This document shows, piece after piece, positions 59,983 through 64,000 of a stretch of DNA of 64,000 nt. How positions within the stretch are numbered: position 1 is the stretch's first letter; each line of letters begins with the position of its first letter. The stretch is taken from NCBI GenBank assembly GCA_964016885.1, contig OZ024761.1, positions 5,704,001 to 5,768,000 on the forward strand, given 5' to 3'. The position numbers and the translations under genes were made by a program. The DNA is from Eledone cirrhosa (lineage: Eukaryota). The notes below the pieces were generated by a model, which did no database searches, was not told the origin of the DNA, and was given only the letters and a program-made list of their open reading frames with translations.

Positions 59983-59985
<3 letters not shown>
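59817..59985. mobile_element. Pogo/Tigger-like MITE
   Basis: Imperfect TIRs CCGAATATCCCAGTGTCGAAAAC / GTCTTCGGCGCCGGGAAATACG in TA context. Confidence 0.5.
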
Positions 59986-60022
<37 letters not shown>

Positions 60023-60429
60023 ATAAATTAACGGAGCCATAGACTCTCGCTATTCCCTGTCAATAATGTACTCAAAGGAGAAGGAATCCTGTGCTCTTTA
60101 AAATACAATATGTTGAAAAGGTAACACACTAGAGAGAGATAGTGCGCCATCAATAAAACAGGGAAAAAACCACCAGTGTATGGAATCTATAACCTATGAA
60201 AGGCAGGGTCGACACACAATAATTAAAACTATAAATTAAAGTGTATATACATACCTCTATAACTATATAACACACACGTACAAATCCAAAGAGATCTGTT
60301 TCGCCAATAAGTTGTTGACAGAAATGAAATAGCCCATGGTTCATCAGCGTGTGTAAGGCTATACATTTCAGACAACTCTAAGAGAATATATATATATATA
60401 GTTATGTAATAAACAACATAAGATAATTA

Positions 60430-60489
60430 TTTCATTTACCAGTAGTTTCTTGAAAGCAACCAAAATTGCTTTCATTCATCAGAATGAAA
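60430..60489 (-). ncRNA. Hammerhead ribozyme motif in fold-back element 60402-60650
   Basis: TTTCATT-CTGATGA-A TGAAAGCAA ttttgg TTGCTTTCA A-GAAA-CTACTGG-TA-AATGAAA. The inverted partner at 60503-60585 is truncated at the core. Confidence 0.75.
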
Positions 60490-60650
60490 AACTCCCGGTG
60501 TCTTTGATGAATGAAAGCAATTTTGGTTGCTTTCAAGAAACCACTGTTAAATGAAATAATTATCTTATGTTGTTTATTACATAATTAATAAGCTCTGTAA
60601 CCTACATAGAGCAACTCTTTTTTCCTGAACCTTTCCGACGGAATCACTTC

Positions 60651-60717
<67 letters not shown>

Positions 60718-60722
<5 letters not shown>

Positions 60723-60908
60723 GTTTCTACTTTTGGCACCAGGCCAGCGATTATCCCAGTACATTACTGGTACTTTATTTTATCGACCCCGTAAGGATGA
60801 AAGGCAAAGTTAACCTCGGCGGGATTTGAACTCAGATCATAAAGGGAGGTAACTCTATGCTTCAAATCATGGCGACCAACCCTCTACTGATACTGCCAAT
60901 CCACCACC
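60718..60908 (-). mobile_element. SINE family 1
   Basis: Full-length reverse copy. Confidence 0.8.
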
Positions 60909-61074
60909 CTCTCTCTATATATATAATAAGGAGTTGACGGACCCAGCATATTTATCAATGCCAGGACCGGTTGTATCTCAGCGTACTCAATAGGTAATGT
61001 AAGCTACATTACCAGAGTATACACATTGTAGTTATTCGCTTCAATACAACACACGTAAAATGGGTGCCTATATA

Positions 61075-61164
<90 letters not shown>

Positions 61165-61219
61165 GAGGTTATATTTAATTTGTTGGGATTCAACAAGCTT
61201 TATTTATAAAACAAATCTG

Positions 61220-61285
61220 TATTTTATCTGATGAAAGCGCACCATAATTTGCCTTGGTTGCCCTTGAAATATATATAATAAAATA
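61220..61285 (+). ncRNA. Hammerhead ribozyme motif (family A)
   Basis: TATTTTAT-CTGATGA-AAGcGCACCA..TGGTTGCcCTT-GAAA-TATATA-TA-ATAAAATA. Confidence 0.7.
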
Positions 61286-61335
61286 AATATGTTTTTTTAA
61301 ATATAGTTTCCATTTATTAATATATATATATATCT

Positions 61336-61555
61336 AGGAACGATCGACTTTCGTCAAATCGGACCGAGGAAACAATGTTTCCGTTGGTCTTTCCAGTTGC
61401 TAATACTATCTATCGGTCGCAACTCCAGGTAGAAGGAGCAACGTGAAATAAAGTGTCTTACTCAAGGACATAACGCATCGACCGGTCCAGGAATCGAACT
61501 CACAATCTCAAAATTGTGAATCCAATTCTCTAACCACTCAGCCACACGTTTTCAC
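61336..61555 (-). mobile_element. SINE family 2
   Basis: Reverse copy of 8858-9078. Confidence 0.8.
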
Positions 61556-62408
61556 TATATATATATATTTTGACGTTATAGTCACTTATATATTATGAAA
61601 TACTGTTGGCTTCATGCTCACAATAATTTCTATACTTTCATTTATATTTATACTCTGAATTTTTTCCTAGAGTGCTTAAAATTATTTGTGACTAATCCCC
61701 GTCTTTAAAGAAAAAAAAAAAAAAAAAAAAAAAAAAATGCTATAATATTGCTATTTTGCTGAACTCCTTACACTTTGTTGAGTTTTTTCGGAATGTTTTT
61801 TGGACTGCTGTATCTTGTAAATAGACATTCGTCTCATTCTGACGTCACCAGCCATGTCTCTCCATGTGCGTTTATTTTCATAATTACGCACGAGGTGAAC
61901 TAGCCTGCTTTTAAATTCCCTTTTTGGCATATCATATTCTAGCAGTGGTCCTAGGGTTATCGTGTTTGAGCTCTACTGATGAACGGTTCCAACCGTGACC
62001 ATCCCCACTGAAAGTTTCGTGAAATAGTCTTTTTAGACTATATAGAGCATTTGTAGTTTTTCCAAATTGAAGAATGAGTATTTAAACTTTATTTTATTAA
62101 GTTAAGGCTCTATTGATTTTTCCCTGGATTTCACAAAATCTGTGGATAAAATCTCTGTCTTGATTTTTTTTTTTTTTAATTGAGTTTGAATTATTTTCCC
62201 ACATCTTACGTTAATTATTTTTCCATTTTGACGTTATAGTCACTTATATATTATGGAATACTGTTGGCTTCATGCTCACAATAATTTCTATACTTTCATT
62301 TATATATATATATATATTGTTCCCCACCAACACCCCACTCTCCAGAGCGTGAAATTAATCAACATTCGTTGTACTGCCTCTCTGTTTTGTTCCTGTTCAA
62401 ATTTTTCC

Positions 62409-62457
<49 letters not shown>

Positions 62458-62487
62458 GGAAAAATTTATATAATAGTTATATATAAG

Positions 62488-63055
62488 TTGTAATAAAATG
62501 AAAACGAAATTTCATTTCTCACTCTTAGTACGGCACTTACTTAGATGTAAGTATGTATGTATACGTACATACATATATGTATACAGACGTACAGTAGCAT
62601 GCATATATATATATATATATATATACATACAGGTACACATACATATATGCACGTATCAGTTTAGCGGACGCTTATTATAACGCCCGCTTTGTTCGTTTGT
62701 AAACAAACTGAACAGCCTGAATTTATGCCGTACGGTGTTAAGGCAACCACGTCAGCTTTTTGTTCAACACTGACACAGGAACGATGTACTAGTTTCAAGC
62801 TTGTTAGCTATCATCAGCACCGTTTACCCATCTGCCAGATGGTTGAACGTTCGAAAGTATATACTTTCCTTATGAAAATTAACGGCTGAGCAGCCTAATT
62901 TGCATATCGAGTGAGTTAAGTCGGCCAGGCGTACCGAAAATGACAAGTTGTAATAAAATGAAAACGAAATTTCATTTCTCACTCTTAGTACGGCACTTAC
63001 TTAAATGTAAGTATGTATGTATACATACATATATGTATACAGACGTACAGTAGCA

Positions 63056-63060
<5 letters not shown>
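62488..63060 (-). mobile_element. 460-bp hammerhead monomer plus partial tandem (same family as 14103-15397)
   Basis: Unit starts at 62488 and 62948. The hammerhead at 62780-62824 (-) is identical to 14402. Confidence 0.8.
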
Positions 63061-63127
<67 letters not shown>

Positions 63128-63654
63128 GTGTGTGAGTGTGTATGGGGGTGCGGGGATTACACATGAACTGAGTCACTTCACAGGTACAATTATGCATTCA
63201 TCAGAAAATCTGTGATATATATATAAACGACCAAACGGACATGTAGAGTAAGCCATGATAGGTGACCTGTGACCTCAACCCATCAACTTCCGCTTCATTC
63301 TCCCCCTCTCTTACCCCACCCTACACTCTTACCCTGTAATGTCCAGACGCATGTTTCGCTTATAATCAACATGTATATATGTATGTATGTATATATGAAT
63401 AATATGTATATATGAATAATATGTATACTTGTATGTGTGTGTATGTGTATGAATGTGTTTATGCGTGCGTGTGTGTGTGTATGTATGCTTGTGTGTGTGT
63501 GTATGTGTATATGTATGTATGTATATATGTGTGTATGTATGTATGTGTGTATGTATGTGTATATGTGTGTGTAACATATATATATATATATATATATAAT
63601 GTCCAACCCAATACACAAATATGACATGAGCAGATGTCAATACCGTCAGGGAAC

Positions 63655-64000
63655 CACACCATCTACACCACCACCACACCACCATCACTACACCACCACC
63701 ACACCACCATCACTACACCACCACCACATCACTACACCACCGCATCACACCACAACACCACCACCACACCACCACCACACCACCACCACTACACCACCGC
63801 ATCACACCGCATCACACCACCACCACACCACCACCACTACACCACCGCATCACACCACAACACCACCACACCACCACCACAACACCACCACCACACCACC
63901 ACCATTACACCACCACCACACCACCATCACTACACCACCACCACACACCACTACCACCATCACTACACCACCACCACTACACCACCACCACTACACCACC
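63655..64000. repeat. (CAC/CACAC)-rich low-complexity tract
   Basis: Direct inspection. Confidence 0.85.

Noticed and set aside
61966-62025. CTGATGA-ACGGTtccaACCGT hammerhead-like start
   Set aside because: GAAA is displaced by an insertion, and helices I and III do not pair.

Overview
AT-rich, repeat-saturated eukaryotic (metazoan) DNA. The SINE types and microsatellite load suggest a cephalopod such as octopus, but that is inference. No host gene can be identified with confidence, and nearly all listed ORFs are translations of microsatellites or satellites. Recognisable content: (i) four 5'-truncated R4/Dong-like non-LTR retrotransposon copies (RT, CCHC knuckle, restriction-like endonuclease) from two families, all joined to (CATA)n; (ii) RTE and possible Tx1/L1 3' ends; (iii) many tRNA-derived SINEs, a Helitron and several MITEs; (iv) large minisatellite arrays with 31, 42/45 and 31-33 bp units. 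The main finding, read by eye, is about 20 minimal type I hammerhead ribozyme motifs (helix I - CUGANGA - helix II - GAAA - short, often palindromic helix III - UH). They belong to many unrelated short non-coding elements, mostly embedded in (TA)n and often built as head-to-head fold-backs. This points to a diverse population of Penelope-like or retrozyme-type elements, including non-canonical core variants.
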